Below, one piece after another: positions 11,778-22,330 of a DNA stretch of 32,521 bases. The position numbers and the translations under genes are program-made. The stretch's first letter is position 1, and each line of letters starts with the position of its first letter. Below the pieces are notes generated by a model, which was not told where the DNA came from, searched no databases, and worked only from the letters and a program-made list of their open reading frames with translations. The DNA comes from Octopus bimaculoides. Taxonomy: Eukaryota. Location of the stretch: contig NC_068983.1 in the NCBI RefSeq assembly GCF_001194135.2, positions 157,990,873 to 158,023,393 of the forward strand, in the 5' to 3' direction.

Positions 11778-12617
11778 ATGTATATATGCACACACATAAG
11801 TATGTGTGTTTGTGTAATATGCATGTATTGACAACAGTATAGTTGTTACATATGGACTGAGCATAATCATATTTGATATACATAGACCTCAAGATATTTC
11901 ATATATGGATATAGAACTTCATATCTTCAATAGTTTAGATATATTAAGAAAACTTTTCTGTACCTAACACTTGAAAGAGGTTTCATAAAGGGCTGGGAAG
12001 TTACTAGTATTTTTTTAATTGTACCAGTCTTTTTAGACAAGTATATAGAGGGGAAAAACTATTTTGCTTTCGTGAAAAGACATTTATAATGGAAAATAAA
12101 CCTACTGTAGTGTATTTGACTTTTTTAAATTATGAATTGAATATATATAGCGTATAAATATCAATAGATCATCTACAAAAAGGAATTAGGTGTTAAAAGA
12201 ACTTGTAAGGGATGTTATATGAGATTTTCATGTTTTCAGCAACAAGAATTTATCTATTTGATGCATTATATGAACTCTGCAAATAACGATAAAAACTAAC
12301 TTGTTAAAAATGGTGCTTTTTATATTTCACAATATCAATGTATTCAGTTTATAACAGCTACTAATCCACTCAGAAAGTATTTGGAATTCTTTATTTATTG
12401 AGATAACTATTTTAAAATCTCACAACGTGAGATATTCAGCAACATCACTTTGTAGTAAAGATTGTTTGCCAACATAATATGGCAGTCCCGGCCTGGGACG
12501 AATGTTGCTGTAATTTAGCCCCAGGAGACATCGTCTCCAGCTGGCTATACGACACGATCTCTGTCCTTACATATTCGAACAAGGGAATCTAGCACTCCCA
12601 ATCAGCTCAAAACAATA

Positions 12618-12662
12618 TCTGTGTATCGCGATTTCCGGGTTATTTCCCTTCATCAGCACAGA
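12618..12662 (-). ncRNA. Minimal type I hammerhead ribozyme-like motif (best-preserved copy)
   Basis: Minus strand reads TCTGTG-CTGATGA-A.GGG AAATAA CCC.G-GAAA-T CGCG A-TA^CACAGA: 6-bp helix I, intact CUGAUGA/GAAA core, helix II with an atypical A.G base, 2-bp helix III with palindrome ATCGCGAT, AUA cleavage triplet. Confidence 0.6.
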
Positions 12663-12755
12663 ATAATTGTTCGGCTAGAGAAATAATTGTTCGGTTAGAG
12701 AAACTATATATATCGAACGGGGATTTGGCAGTGCCACCTCGAGCCGAATGATTAT

Positions 12756-12800
12756 TCTGTGCTGATGAAGGGAAATAACCCGGAAATCGCAATACACAGA
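12756..12800 (+). ncRNA. Minimal type I hammerhead ribozyme-like motif (second copy, helix III palindrome broken)
   Basis: TCTGTG-CTGATGA-AGGGAAATAACCCG-GAAA-TCGCA-ATA^CACAGA; one G>A change (CpG-type) relative to the other arm. Confidence 0.5.
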
Positions 12801-13674
12801 TATTTTTTGAGCTGATTGGGGGTGCTAGATTCCCTTGTTCGAAAATGTAAGGACACAGATTGTATCGTATAGCCAGCTGGAGACGATATCTCCTGGGGCT
12901 AAATTACAGCAACATTCGTCCTAGACCGGGACTGCCATGTTATGTTGGCAAGCAATCTTTACTACACTATGATAGCTGTTCTCATGGACTTCTTTCGTTT
13001 AACGTCTAGTTTTGGGCTGTATGAAATTCTTTCTTCTGTGAAATTATGCATTTTTACAGCGTGGTATAAATCTACAATACAGATTCATCTGAAACTACAA
13101 AAAAGAAAAAAATGAGAACACGATCAAAATAACTATTGGGTGCCCTCTCTTTTCACTGTCGCATTAAATGGAAGCACTTAAGACAGGTGCAGAACATATA
13201 AACTGTTTACTTCTGTAGAAATGTCTGCTGTACGTTCAAGAAAGTTGGAAAATTTTCTAGGTCACTTCCAGAACATAGCTGTCGTAAAGACGATATAAAG
13301 ATATTTTTTATATTTAAGTGTCTACTAGGCTGACTGATAGTAGTTATGGCAAGGGAATTAAATCTCAATAAGTTTTGATTGCTCTGTTTACTTTGATTTT
13401 CCAACAATCGAATTGAAATTGGTTTTAACTTTAAATAAAACTTGATTATACTTGGTTTATATATGTATGGAACGTAAGCGACACAACCTTGCGATAAGTG
13501 ATCAAACTTCAATTTTTGAATGAAAAAGTTAAATATGAATTTATCTAATACTTCAAACTAAAATTTTGAGTAGTTAATTTTGAAAAAAAAAAAAATGGAA
13601 TTGTAGTCCGTTTGACTGATTCACAATATTTCAGCAACTTAATTTCTTATGCAGATGGTGTTTAGTCCTTTTAG

Positions 13675-13782
13675 CATATAGTCATACTCGGCGATATGGC
13701 TTGCAGCAAGCCTTATTCGGTAAGCAGCATCGATAAGTCAAAACTGATGAAACATCGATGTTTGTCGCTCCAAGAGCTTGAT
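13675..13782 (+). CDS. Candidate exon (HIVILGDMACSKPYSVSSIDKSKLMKHRCLSLQELD); alternative donor after 13719
   Basis: CTTTTAG acceptor, 108 nt open in phase 0, perfect GTAAGT donor. An alternative 45-nt phase-1 form ends at GTAAGC. No homology recognised. Confidence 0.22.
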
Positions 13783-14006
13783 GTAAGTTGTCTTGCTTGA
13801 CTTTGACTTACTTTCAGGTGTTTTTTTGTTTTTTGCACCAGGCGTATAGATAATATATTTTCTTGCACCTAAAAACCGCAGCCGACCCTCGAACTAACAG
13901 CACACGTACCCTGTGTATGTGTTCGATTTTGTTTATATATGTATGTGTGTGTGTGTGCGCATGTGTGTGCGCGCGTGTGTGCGCATGCGTATACACACAC
14001 ACACAC

Positions 14007-14165
14007 GCGAGTGAAAGGGCACATTAAACAGTACGTTTCATAATCATGAGTTCCAGGTTTCGATTCAACTGCGTGGCGTCTTGGGCATATCTTCTACCAT
14101 AGTCTCGAGGCAGGTTAAATGCTTGTAAGTGAAACTGGGGAGATGGAGGTTGTGTAGAAAGCTTA
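14007..14165 (+). mobile_element. Diverged 5' part of the tRNA-derived SINE family at 15381-15800
   Basis: GTTTCGATTCAACTGCGTGGCGTCTTGGGCA-TATCTTCTACCATAGTCTCG aligns to the B-box and core of the 15.7-kb copy. Confidence 0.7.
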
Positions 14166-15380
14166 CAGATGAACTGTATCTGTAATTCAGAAGTCTAGCC
14201 GTGCCACACATTTTCCCTTGTGGATTTAGCCTGAGGAATACGTTAAGGGTTCCAGGATCAGTGGCATACTCAGTCACTAAAACTATTGTTCAATGAATAA
14301 GTAGTTACAGTTGATCGAACATTTGGTTTCTTCATAGCATAAACCGACTGGTGAACCATTTACTTTTATGTGAGAATAAAACAAAAACAAAAGACTATTA
14401 TTCCAATGAGAATTAAATTCCAATGCTTTGTTTCTTTTAAAGATGTCTGAATCATTTCATTTATCTTTTGGTGTACACAAGATGATTTAACGTAACCATA
14501 ATATACTCTCATTGTATATTCCCTAATGTAACACGTGTTCACTATTAGTCACACAAAGCAATGTTAATGTTCCAATGGCAGGTGATAGCTATATTAAATA
14601 TAAAATACTAAACACCAGCGGAGCAAGAGGTAGTGTTCTTATTCGCTTCTTAATGTATTTTTATTCTTCTTACGAAAGTTTTGTATGTTGTAGTTCGGAC
14701 AATGTTTTTTCGTCTTACATCATGTTTTGAGAAATTATTTCAATTTCTATAAAATTTAATCTGCCATAACTTTCATAATAATTTTTATTGATTAGCTCCA
14801 GATATACTGTGATCGAGCAGATGTATAATTGAAGGTATTTCTTCAAAACCAGATGAAATGCCATCTCTCTTCGATAAAGAAATCATCTCAAAACTCGAAG
14901 CATTAAATTTCTCTTTTACCTCTTGACAAAAGTTTAATCAATTGTTTGAAGGGTTTCTATTATATTTTGTTGGCACTGAATTCATTTGATTGAAATGTTT
15001 TACTATATTGAGGGAAATTACACCGAGTATTTTAATTAGATTTTCCCTCTTACAATATTAATTGTGAAAGCACAAACTTGACTTTTATGTTTATTGAGCT
15101 CTATAGATGTGTCCTACACTACTTGACCATTCATTTTATATTTAATACTTGAAACCAAATAGAATAAGATTCTATAGGAAACTGAGAATTTGAATGAATT
15201 CAATAAAATAATTATTGGTTTTTATAAATTGTTCTTATGAATCACTGGAAAATATGAAAACTGAATTTATCTACTCATAGTTTATACTCTGTTCTATTTA
15301 TTATCACTTTAAGAAAAGCAGCTTCCTATTTTTAACAATAAAAACAATCGCCAGTTTTCGTTTTATTATTTGAAACTAAA

Positions 15381-15800
15381 CTCTTATACTCTTATACTCT
15401 TGTACTTGTTTCAGTCTTTTGACTGTGGCCATGCTGGAGCACCGCCTTTAGTCGAGAAAATCGACCCCAGAACTTATTCTTTGGAAGCCTAATACTTATT
15501 CTTTCGGTCTCTTTGGCCGAACCGCTAAGTTACGGGGACATAAACACACTAGCATCGGTTGTCAAGCGATGTTGGGGGGACAAACACAGACATACAAACA
15601 CATACACACATACATATATATATATATACATATATACGACAGGCTTCTTTCAGTTTCCGTCTACCAAATCCACTCACAAGGCATTGGTCGGCCCGAGGCT
15701 ATAGTAGAAGACACTTGCCCAAGATGCCACGCAGTGGGACTGAACCCGGGACCATGTGGTTGGTAAGCAAGCTACTTACCACACAGCCACTCCTACGCCT
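15381..15800 (-). mobile_element. Near full-length tRNA-derived SINE (octopus-type)
   Basis: Minus strand: A-box TGGCTGTGTGG, B-box GGGTTCAGTCC, core CTTGGGCAAGTGTCTTCTAC, internal CA/TA microsatellite, 3' GGCGGTGCTCCAGCATGGCCACAG...GAAACAAGTA, and a short tandem (AGAGTATA) tail. Confidence 0.9.
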
Positions 15801-16639
15801 GTTAATTTTTTAAATCTTTTATCTTTTGCTGAGAGCACAATAATGATTTCAGTATAGGAAAAATGGTTCATGCCCATGGAGTGGAGCCTGATCTGCTTAG
15901 CTTATCCACTTCGCTAAATAATGATTAGCTATAATTTCCTGCTCATTTACGTTATTTATGAAACTTTAAGAATATGAACATTACTAATATTTTGTTTCAA
16001 ATCTTATTTAATCAACGTGAGTTTGTCAGTTTTAGACGAAATTGGAATATTAATGAACTGTATTTTGAACATAAATTTTTCCTTAGGTAGACAGGTATTA
16101 TAGGTCGGGGATTAGAATACTCTTTATTAGGTATCAAAACCAGTACGTCGATTCAACATACGGGAACTTATTACCTCGATGGTAACAAGTATTAAGCATT
16201 TATAAAAATCGACCGAAAATAGTTTGCACGTCTTATATTATAAAATAAGCCCCAAAAGATAAAGAAAAACATTTTCTAATTGTATATTGCACTCAATATT
16301 AAGCCTAGTAAAATTGATTCTATTGCTCTGTCAAAACAATTATTTTTATTTTTATTCTAAATTTAGATGTAAAATTTTCCCTTTAGCTTGATATTCTTTG
16401 TTGAAATGAAAGAAAGAAATACTAAAACTGAGACCATAATACATAAATTCTAACACAAAAAAGCAAAACAAAAAAAAAACAGTTGACTTGCAAATACTCA
16501 ACGATTGAATCATTGCTTTAGTGACACAAACACTTCCCAGAAGAAAATAAGCTTCAGTTAAATATACCTTCTCTGTTTGAATCTCAACTCTATTATTTGC
16601 GACACTTTAAACTCTTAGACGATGATTTGTCATCGTATG

Positions 16640-16890
16640 ATATTAGGTGATTCATTCTCTTGGCTAGTACTTGACTTCTCATTTTCTTCAAATGTATATC
16701 CTTCGTGCCGAACATCCCATATCCATAACAGCAGTCTTAAAGAGTCAAGGCTAATGTTTGGTCAATTCATACGAGGTACTATGCCAACAGTAAACTGAAA
16801 TACATTTATCTTACTGAAATAACCTTTCGTAAGTGTCTGAGACACATCACATGAGGGCAGCAATCATTCGAGCATTAACAGGCACTGACA
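16640..16890 (-). mobile_element. Possible RTE C-terminal relic
   Basis: CLRHLRKVISV followed by RLLLW(YG)..VRHEGY, resembling CLRRI and RLxWyGHVxR of RTE. Confidence 0.3.
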
Positions 16891-17149
16891 ACGGGAAAAG
16901 GATTTTGTAAAATTTAAAATGATATATCACCTGGTGATATATAAAACTTTGCTTTCTCTCGCCTCACCTTCTCACTATTCTTCGTTGCACCCCCCACATA
17001 TATATATATATATATATATATTGAGAGAAAGACGGAGTGAGAGAGTACATACTCCTGTATTACTCAATGTATATTATTTAACAACATACCATACAATGCG
17101 ATGGTGTTTACGTCAAAGACGCTTTTCTGACTTATCTCAAGACGGCAAT

Positions 17150-17460
17150 ATGACCAAAAGTTACCTCAGTGTATAAATCTACGTAGTATTTTCAGTAAGT
17201 TGTAGATCAGTGTGGGTAACCATACTGGCATTGGATATCTTGCTCTAGATTGTCTCTGGATGATGTCAGTAGAGTGGAGAATGCCTGTGCAAGCCTTATT
17301 GGGTGTAAAATTTTAGGTTGTGTAATAGCGGGCGAGGCGATTTTCCGATGCTGAGTCGGGTAGAAGAGACTCACGGCAAGTATAAAAGCCGCAGGCGCGA
17401 ACGTGAGTGAAGCCGATGAAGGTGCAATAACCTCATGCACGGGCATTGATGTCATTTTGG
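17150..17460 (-). mobile_element. Possible Jockey/CR1-type LINE C-terminal relic
   Basis: LTF...AVSLFY..QH...P.I..P.RLA then, after a frameshift, PTLIYNLLK; resembles the SLFY / TR / FP..YNL C-terminus of these RTs. Confidence 0.35.
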
Positions 17461-17556
17461 AAGAGCAAAGGTCAGTGATGGTCTTCCTCGGTCACAAGTG
17501 GACAGCTATCAAACACACACACACACACACACACACATACACACACATGTGTGTGT

Positions 17557-17775
17557 GAAGGCGCGTGGCCTAGTGGTCAAGCTGTTGCACTCACGATCGC
17601 CAGATTATGGGTTCGATTCCCTGACATTTCACGTTACTCCAGGTCCCCTTTCGGCCGGAGAGTGGGGCGGAAACGTTTGCTTGCTCGCCTAGCCAGTGTG
17701 GTAGCGTCATTTGAAGACTAAAACAATGCAAAAACGCAGTGATGTGTAACAGCATCAGACAACCTGGTATGGTAA
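17557..17775 (+). mobile_element. tRNA-derived SINE of a second family, internally deleted
   Basis: A-box TGGCCTAGTGG (17566-17576), B-box GGGTTCGATTCC (17609-17620), then body GCGTCATTTGAAGACTAAAACAATGC...GATGTGTAACAGCATC. Confidence 0.8.
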
Positions 17776-18084
17776 CAAAAACAGACAACAGTATGGTAAA
17801 ATTTATTCTTATTTCACAACAATTGTTTCGCATCTTAAAACATGCAATGATAATTTATTTTATTATATTTCATAATAAGTAAATTACTTACACGTCTACA
17901 TTAATATAAACTATCTTTAAATTAAGGCAGATATTATGCTAGCTCACCGGGTGAGAGAAAACAATCCATGTTAAACAATAATCCCTCGACATAACGTTTC
18001 CAGAACGCAGCGTGCCTCCTTCTCACTCACAAAACGTGGTCACGAAGCACCGTCTTCCAATGTATTATCCAGCTTGATCTCTAG

Positions 18085-18086
<2 letters not shown>

Positions 18087-18140
<54 letters not shown>
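18087..18140. repeat. (CA)n microsatellite
   Basis: Directly visible. Confidence 0.97.
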
Positions 18141-18146
<6 letters not shown>

Positions 18147-18781
18147 CGCATATATACGCTTATTTATTTACATATATATTTATATATTTACATATATGTG
18201 GTTGTCTAGCTATATTTGAACGGACAAAAAGTTTGAAACACTTGATTTTGTTTTTTTTTCTTTTTTCCTTTCTACTTTTTGCGTTTTTATCATTCTACTT
18301 TTTATCCTTCACCTTTTCTCGTCTCTTCTCGTGTTTTCTCGAAGACCAGCGTCCTCTGTATTTTTTCCAAATAAATAAGTAGATAGTTAAAAAAGACGGG
18401 CTATGTTGTATATTTGAGTCTGACAGATTGGTTAGAAGCACAAGCTTGAAATATAAGTTTACCAGTTTATTGTGTTTTCACTGCATGAAACTAATATTAG
18501 GTCGTATTTAAATATTGTATATATTAAATGATAGATACATACATGCATATACATGTGTGTGTATATATTTATATATATATATGCACACACACACGTGCAC
18601 TTATATACATGTATTATATGTGTGTGTGTGTGTGTGCACTTGCGTGTTTATATGTGAATGCATACATATGTGTACCCATGCATATATACGGCTGTATGTG
18701 GCTGTGCATATATATATGTATGTATGTATATATATACGTTTATATATATGTATGTTTATATATATATATATATATATATAT

Positions 18782-19059
18782 NNNNNNNNNNNNNNNNNNN
18801 NNNNNNNNNNNNNNNNNNNNNNNNNNNNNNNNNNNNNNNNNNNNNNNNNNNNNNNNNNNNNNNNNNNNNNNNNNNNNNNNNNNNNNNNNNNNNNNNNNNN
18901 NNNNNNNNNNNNNNNNNNNNNNNNNNNNNNNNNNNNNNNNNNNNNNNNNNNNNNNNNNNNNNNNNNNNNNNNNNNNNNNNNNNNNNNNNNNNNNNNNNNN
19001 NNNNNNNNNNNNNNNNNNNNNNNNNNNNNNNNNNNNNNNNNNNNNNNNNNNNNNNNNNN
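18782..19059. other. Assembly gap (278 N) in a (TA)n tract
   Basis: N run. Confidence 1.
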
Positions 19060-19220
19060 TATATATATATACACACACACACGCACACACATAATTGCGC
19101 GTATCTAGACATATACTTCAAATTGATGTTATTGCAACAGACAGGTTTTCCAGTATATATGCTTATAAATATCTTAAACGCAACCTAGATGTCCCTAATC
19201 GTTTCTTTGATCTTTAATAT

Positions 19221-19275
19221 AAGCAAAAGCGGAAGCAAGAAGCGGAAGCAAAAGGCGGAAGCAAGAGGCGGAAGC
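19221..19275. repeat. Imperfect 13-bp tandem repeat (AAGCAARARGCGG) x4.3
   Basis: Four GCGGAAGC cores at about 13-bp spacing. Confidence 0.9.
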
Positions 19276-19740
19276 TAAACAAAAATTGCACCCCCTCCAC
19301 CATATTTCCCAGTATTAAGCATGTATATATATTTTTGCTGAGACTTATGTTTCTATATGTTTCATGTAAATCATTAAATACGAATATTCTACTTGTTAGC
19401 TGACTGAATTCCTGTAAATAAATATCTTTCGGAATATTTAGAATTTGGTCTTAATGAAGAGGTTATGCGGTAACATCAATAAAACATTTGGCCCAGAAGC
19501 ATCCACTACACTCCTCTGCAGAGTGAGACACTATCGTCACAAAAATCATCGATTAAAATTAAGCCGATATATGTTCTAAAAGCATATTTATACGTCAGCT
19601 TAAAAGTTCTACATGAGACAAAGTTTTTAAATACATATATATATATATATATACTTATATTTATGGATATATATATACATACATATATACTTATATGTAT
19701 GTATATATATACGTACATATACATATATATATATACTTAC

Positions 19741-19772
<32 letters not shown>

Positions 19773-19966
19773 NNNNNNNNNNNNNNNNNNNNNNNNNNNN
19801 NNNNNNNNNNNNNNNNNNNNNNNNNNNNNNNNNNNNNNNNNNNNNNNNNNNNNNNNNNNNNNNNNNNNNNNNNNNNNNNNNNNNNNNNNNNNNNNNNNNN
19901 NNNNNNNNNNNNNNNNNNNNNNNNNNNNNNNNNNNNNNNNNNNNNNNNNNNNNNNNNNNNNNNNNN
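19773..19966. other. Assembly gap (194 N) in a (TA)n tract
   Basis: N run. Confidence 1.
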
Positions 19967-19984
19967 GTACATATATACTTTCGT

Positions 19985-20172
19985 CATGGTATCATTCGCC
20001 ATGATAGATCGCTAGCCACTACACATTCTTTATTTTCTCTCCTTGTTTCTTTCTCTGTTCCTTTCTGTGGAAGAGCGTAGGCTCGAAACGTTAAAGACTT
20101 TTTCACTTCGCGAGCGTTAAACTAATACATCTGTTTGTTGTCTACACCACTTGTCTTCGTCTTTTGTTTCTC
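19985..20172 (+). mobile_element. Probable Penelope-like pseudo-LTR remnant with a degenerate hammerhead motif at 20061-20096
   Basis: CTTT-CTGTGGA-A-GAGC GTAG GCTC-GAAA-CG-TT-AAAG: helices I and II intact, palindromic ACGT at helix III, but core A6>T and a non-cleavable GUU triplet. Confidence 0.5.
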
Positions 20173-20173
20173 A

Positions 20174-20237
<64 letters not shown>

Positions 20238-20272
20238 ATAATAATAATAATAGGCGTTATTTTTGAAGTCCT
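20174..20272. repeat. (TTA)n then (TAA)n microsatellite
   Basis: Directly visible; polarity switches near 20255. Confidence 0.95.
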
Positions 20273-20879
20273 GGTAGTTGATATTACCTGAGCTTGAGGT
20301 GTTGAACGTTCGTTGCACGCAAACCTCATTACATAGCTCCGAAGCAGAAACAAAATGCACCAAGGTTACTGGTGGACTTTAATCTTAAGTCATGTCCAAA
20401 AGTCGTTTATCGAAATTGAATACAATAATCTGATGATGTACCGGTAAATTTTATAGTGTTACCACTCCTCATGACGTAAGAGCTGTTGCTATTCTGTGGC
20501 ACTGATTTACTCTGAGATAGACTCGACCGATTTAGAGTTAACTGTCTGGGCCAAAATGACGGTTACATATGACATAATGCGAACTACATCCCTCTTAGCA
20601 CGTTGCTCATTATCTTACCAATAAATTCGGACATACACCTCACGATGAATTCAGGTAATATTAACTCAATACATCACTCACAATCCTCATTCATGGTTAT
20701 ATATCACGAATTCCATTATGTAATATTACATTACATTATGTTATGCTGCATTATAATATATTATATTTAATATATAAATGATTTATATGTTAATAACCGT
20801 TTGTTGTTTGTTCATAAAATGTTTGGGTATCAAAATTTAGAAAGATTCTCTCCTAAGCGCAGGCTTAGTACAAATTTTG

Positions 20880-21120
20880 TGACAGATTAGCAGTTTCCCA
20901 GGCTAGCCCTCTTCCCTCTCCACATCACCGATGTTATCTAAAAGAAAAGCAAAATCAATAATATCTTGGCATCAGTGTCATCACAGGTATTGCCGTCGGA
21001 GCAAAAAGGCCCAGAACAGATATTAGAAGGCATTCGGACTAACGTTCTAAGAATTCTGCTGTGAAAATGTACGTTATTTGTCGATCCCAGAAAGATAAAA
21101 GGCAGATTTGAACTCAGGTT
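20880..21120 (-). mobile_element. Decayed SINE remnants
   Basis: CTCCACATCACCGATGTTATC...CTTGGCATCAGTG resembles a recalled octopus SINE body; GTCGATCCCAGAAAGATAAAAGGCAGATTTGAACTCAG resembles 28585-28635. Confidence 0.35.
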
Positions 21121-21335
21121 TAGTTTATAGTTATTGTAATATGTTACAAGTTAACCCAAAGGATTCCAATCTTTGCACATCACGTTTGGTTTCACGTATC
21201 TCCAAAATGGTACCAAAAATGGTACAAAGTATGTAGCCTTTGAAACGGATTTTGTGCATTTACAGAGCGTACCGAACCGTCTTACATAGGATCTTGTTTT
21301 TAGGAAATCCCAGTAAGTTATGAATACCAAACCCG

Positions 21336-21352
21336 TGACGTCAGTTACGTAA
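21336..21352. promoter_or_regulatory. Composite bZIP site: perfect CRE (TGACGTCA) + TTACGTAA, 1 bp apart
   Basis: Sequence TGACGTCA-G-TTACGTAA. Function not shown. Confidence 0.3.
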
Positions 21353-21699
21353 TAACATGGAATTTAGTTACCCGATAGTAACAATTCAAATAAAGTAGTC
21401 CTGAAAAGAGCTTTAATGCATCACCAGAGTATATAGAACTTAGGAGGAAATACCAATGTATATATATATATATATACATACATCCACATACACATAGGTG
21501 TATGTATATTTCCGTGTATATCTGTTTCTGACTGTATGCAATAATATTAATTTAACAACGTGTAAGTGCATACCCATGTGAATATAAGCATTAACTCTGT
21601 ATTTGTGTAAATACTGAACAACTGGTAAATAGTTGGCATTTTTTCTAGTTCTATTGACTCTGCATGAGTAGTTAAAAGACATAGGGAATAATCTCAGTT

Positions 21700-22330
21700 T
21701 ATGTTTAAATAACTGTTCCTAGTTTAGTAAGCTAATTCCCAGATATGCTCACACTCACTCAGCAAATTGAAAGTTAATTTTCTCTGAATTTATTAGGTAC
21801 CATATGTACTCGAATATTTATGGTTAAATAATTTCATTTATTTATATAGTCAGTGTTGTTTGAAAGAGACATGGCTGTTTTTCTAAGTAAAAAATTTTTA
21901 AGATATAGTGAGTTCTTACCTTTTTGCAATGTTGTAAAACGTCTGCGTAACTTAGTATACACAAAGATAGTAATTTTTTTCCTCGGCAGATCTATATATA
22001 GATTCTAAAAAGGGTAAGTTACTATTGACATTCACTTTGTAAATGAAAGTTAATGCAGAGATACAGTCTAGCCTATTTTGCTTTTAGATTTATTTAGATT
22101 GTAACAGTTTCCTTCGATTCTGTAAACATAAAAAATGTCATCCGTATATTTGCGAAAGAAGACATTTATGTAATACTCCTTTCAACAAAACTAACACCTC
22201 CTACCTGCATTGCTTCAAACTTTGATTTAAATACCTTCAACAAATCATTCTCTACCTGCTTGACTTATACTGCCCAGTTCCATTTGTTCTACTCTACCTA
22301 TAGTTTCTATCAAATTCCATTACCTAGAAT
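21700..22330 (-). mobile_element. Decayed Penelope-like element RT with a possible GIY-YIG remnant
   Basis: Minus strand: AM..FVERSI, FFRKYTDDIFYV (22133-22160), LSFTK, NLPF*NLYI..VYTK, matching the PLE RYxDDIF / IKFT / LPFLD / VYRK order. A weaker QF..CECEHIWE (~21735-21775) may be the YIG motif. Confidence 0.55.

Larger units (their letters stand above)
12451..12966. mobile_element. Foldback / long inverted repeat, probably from Penelope-like pseudo-LTRs (MITE is the alternative)
   Basis: Arms 12451-12680 and 12738-12966 are reverse complements with about 14 substitutions and 1 indel (hand count). The 57-bp spacer starts with a 20-bp tandem copy of the arm end. No TSD seen. Confidence 0.85.

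Noticed and set aside
13744-13765. CTGATGA followed by a hairpin (also CTGATGA at 7228 and 29686)
   Set aside because: No GAAA after helix II and no helix I/III partner, so not hammerheads.
15700-15800. tRNA-like A/B boxes here and at 17560-17620
   Set aside because: No complete cloverleaf, and they run into SINE bodies, so they are SINE heads rather than tRNA genes.
17310-17500. Possible solo LTR with TATAAAAG
   Set aside because: No matching TSD at TG...CA candidates, and the minus strand fits a LINE C-terminal relic better.
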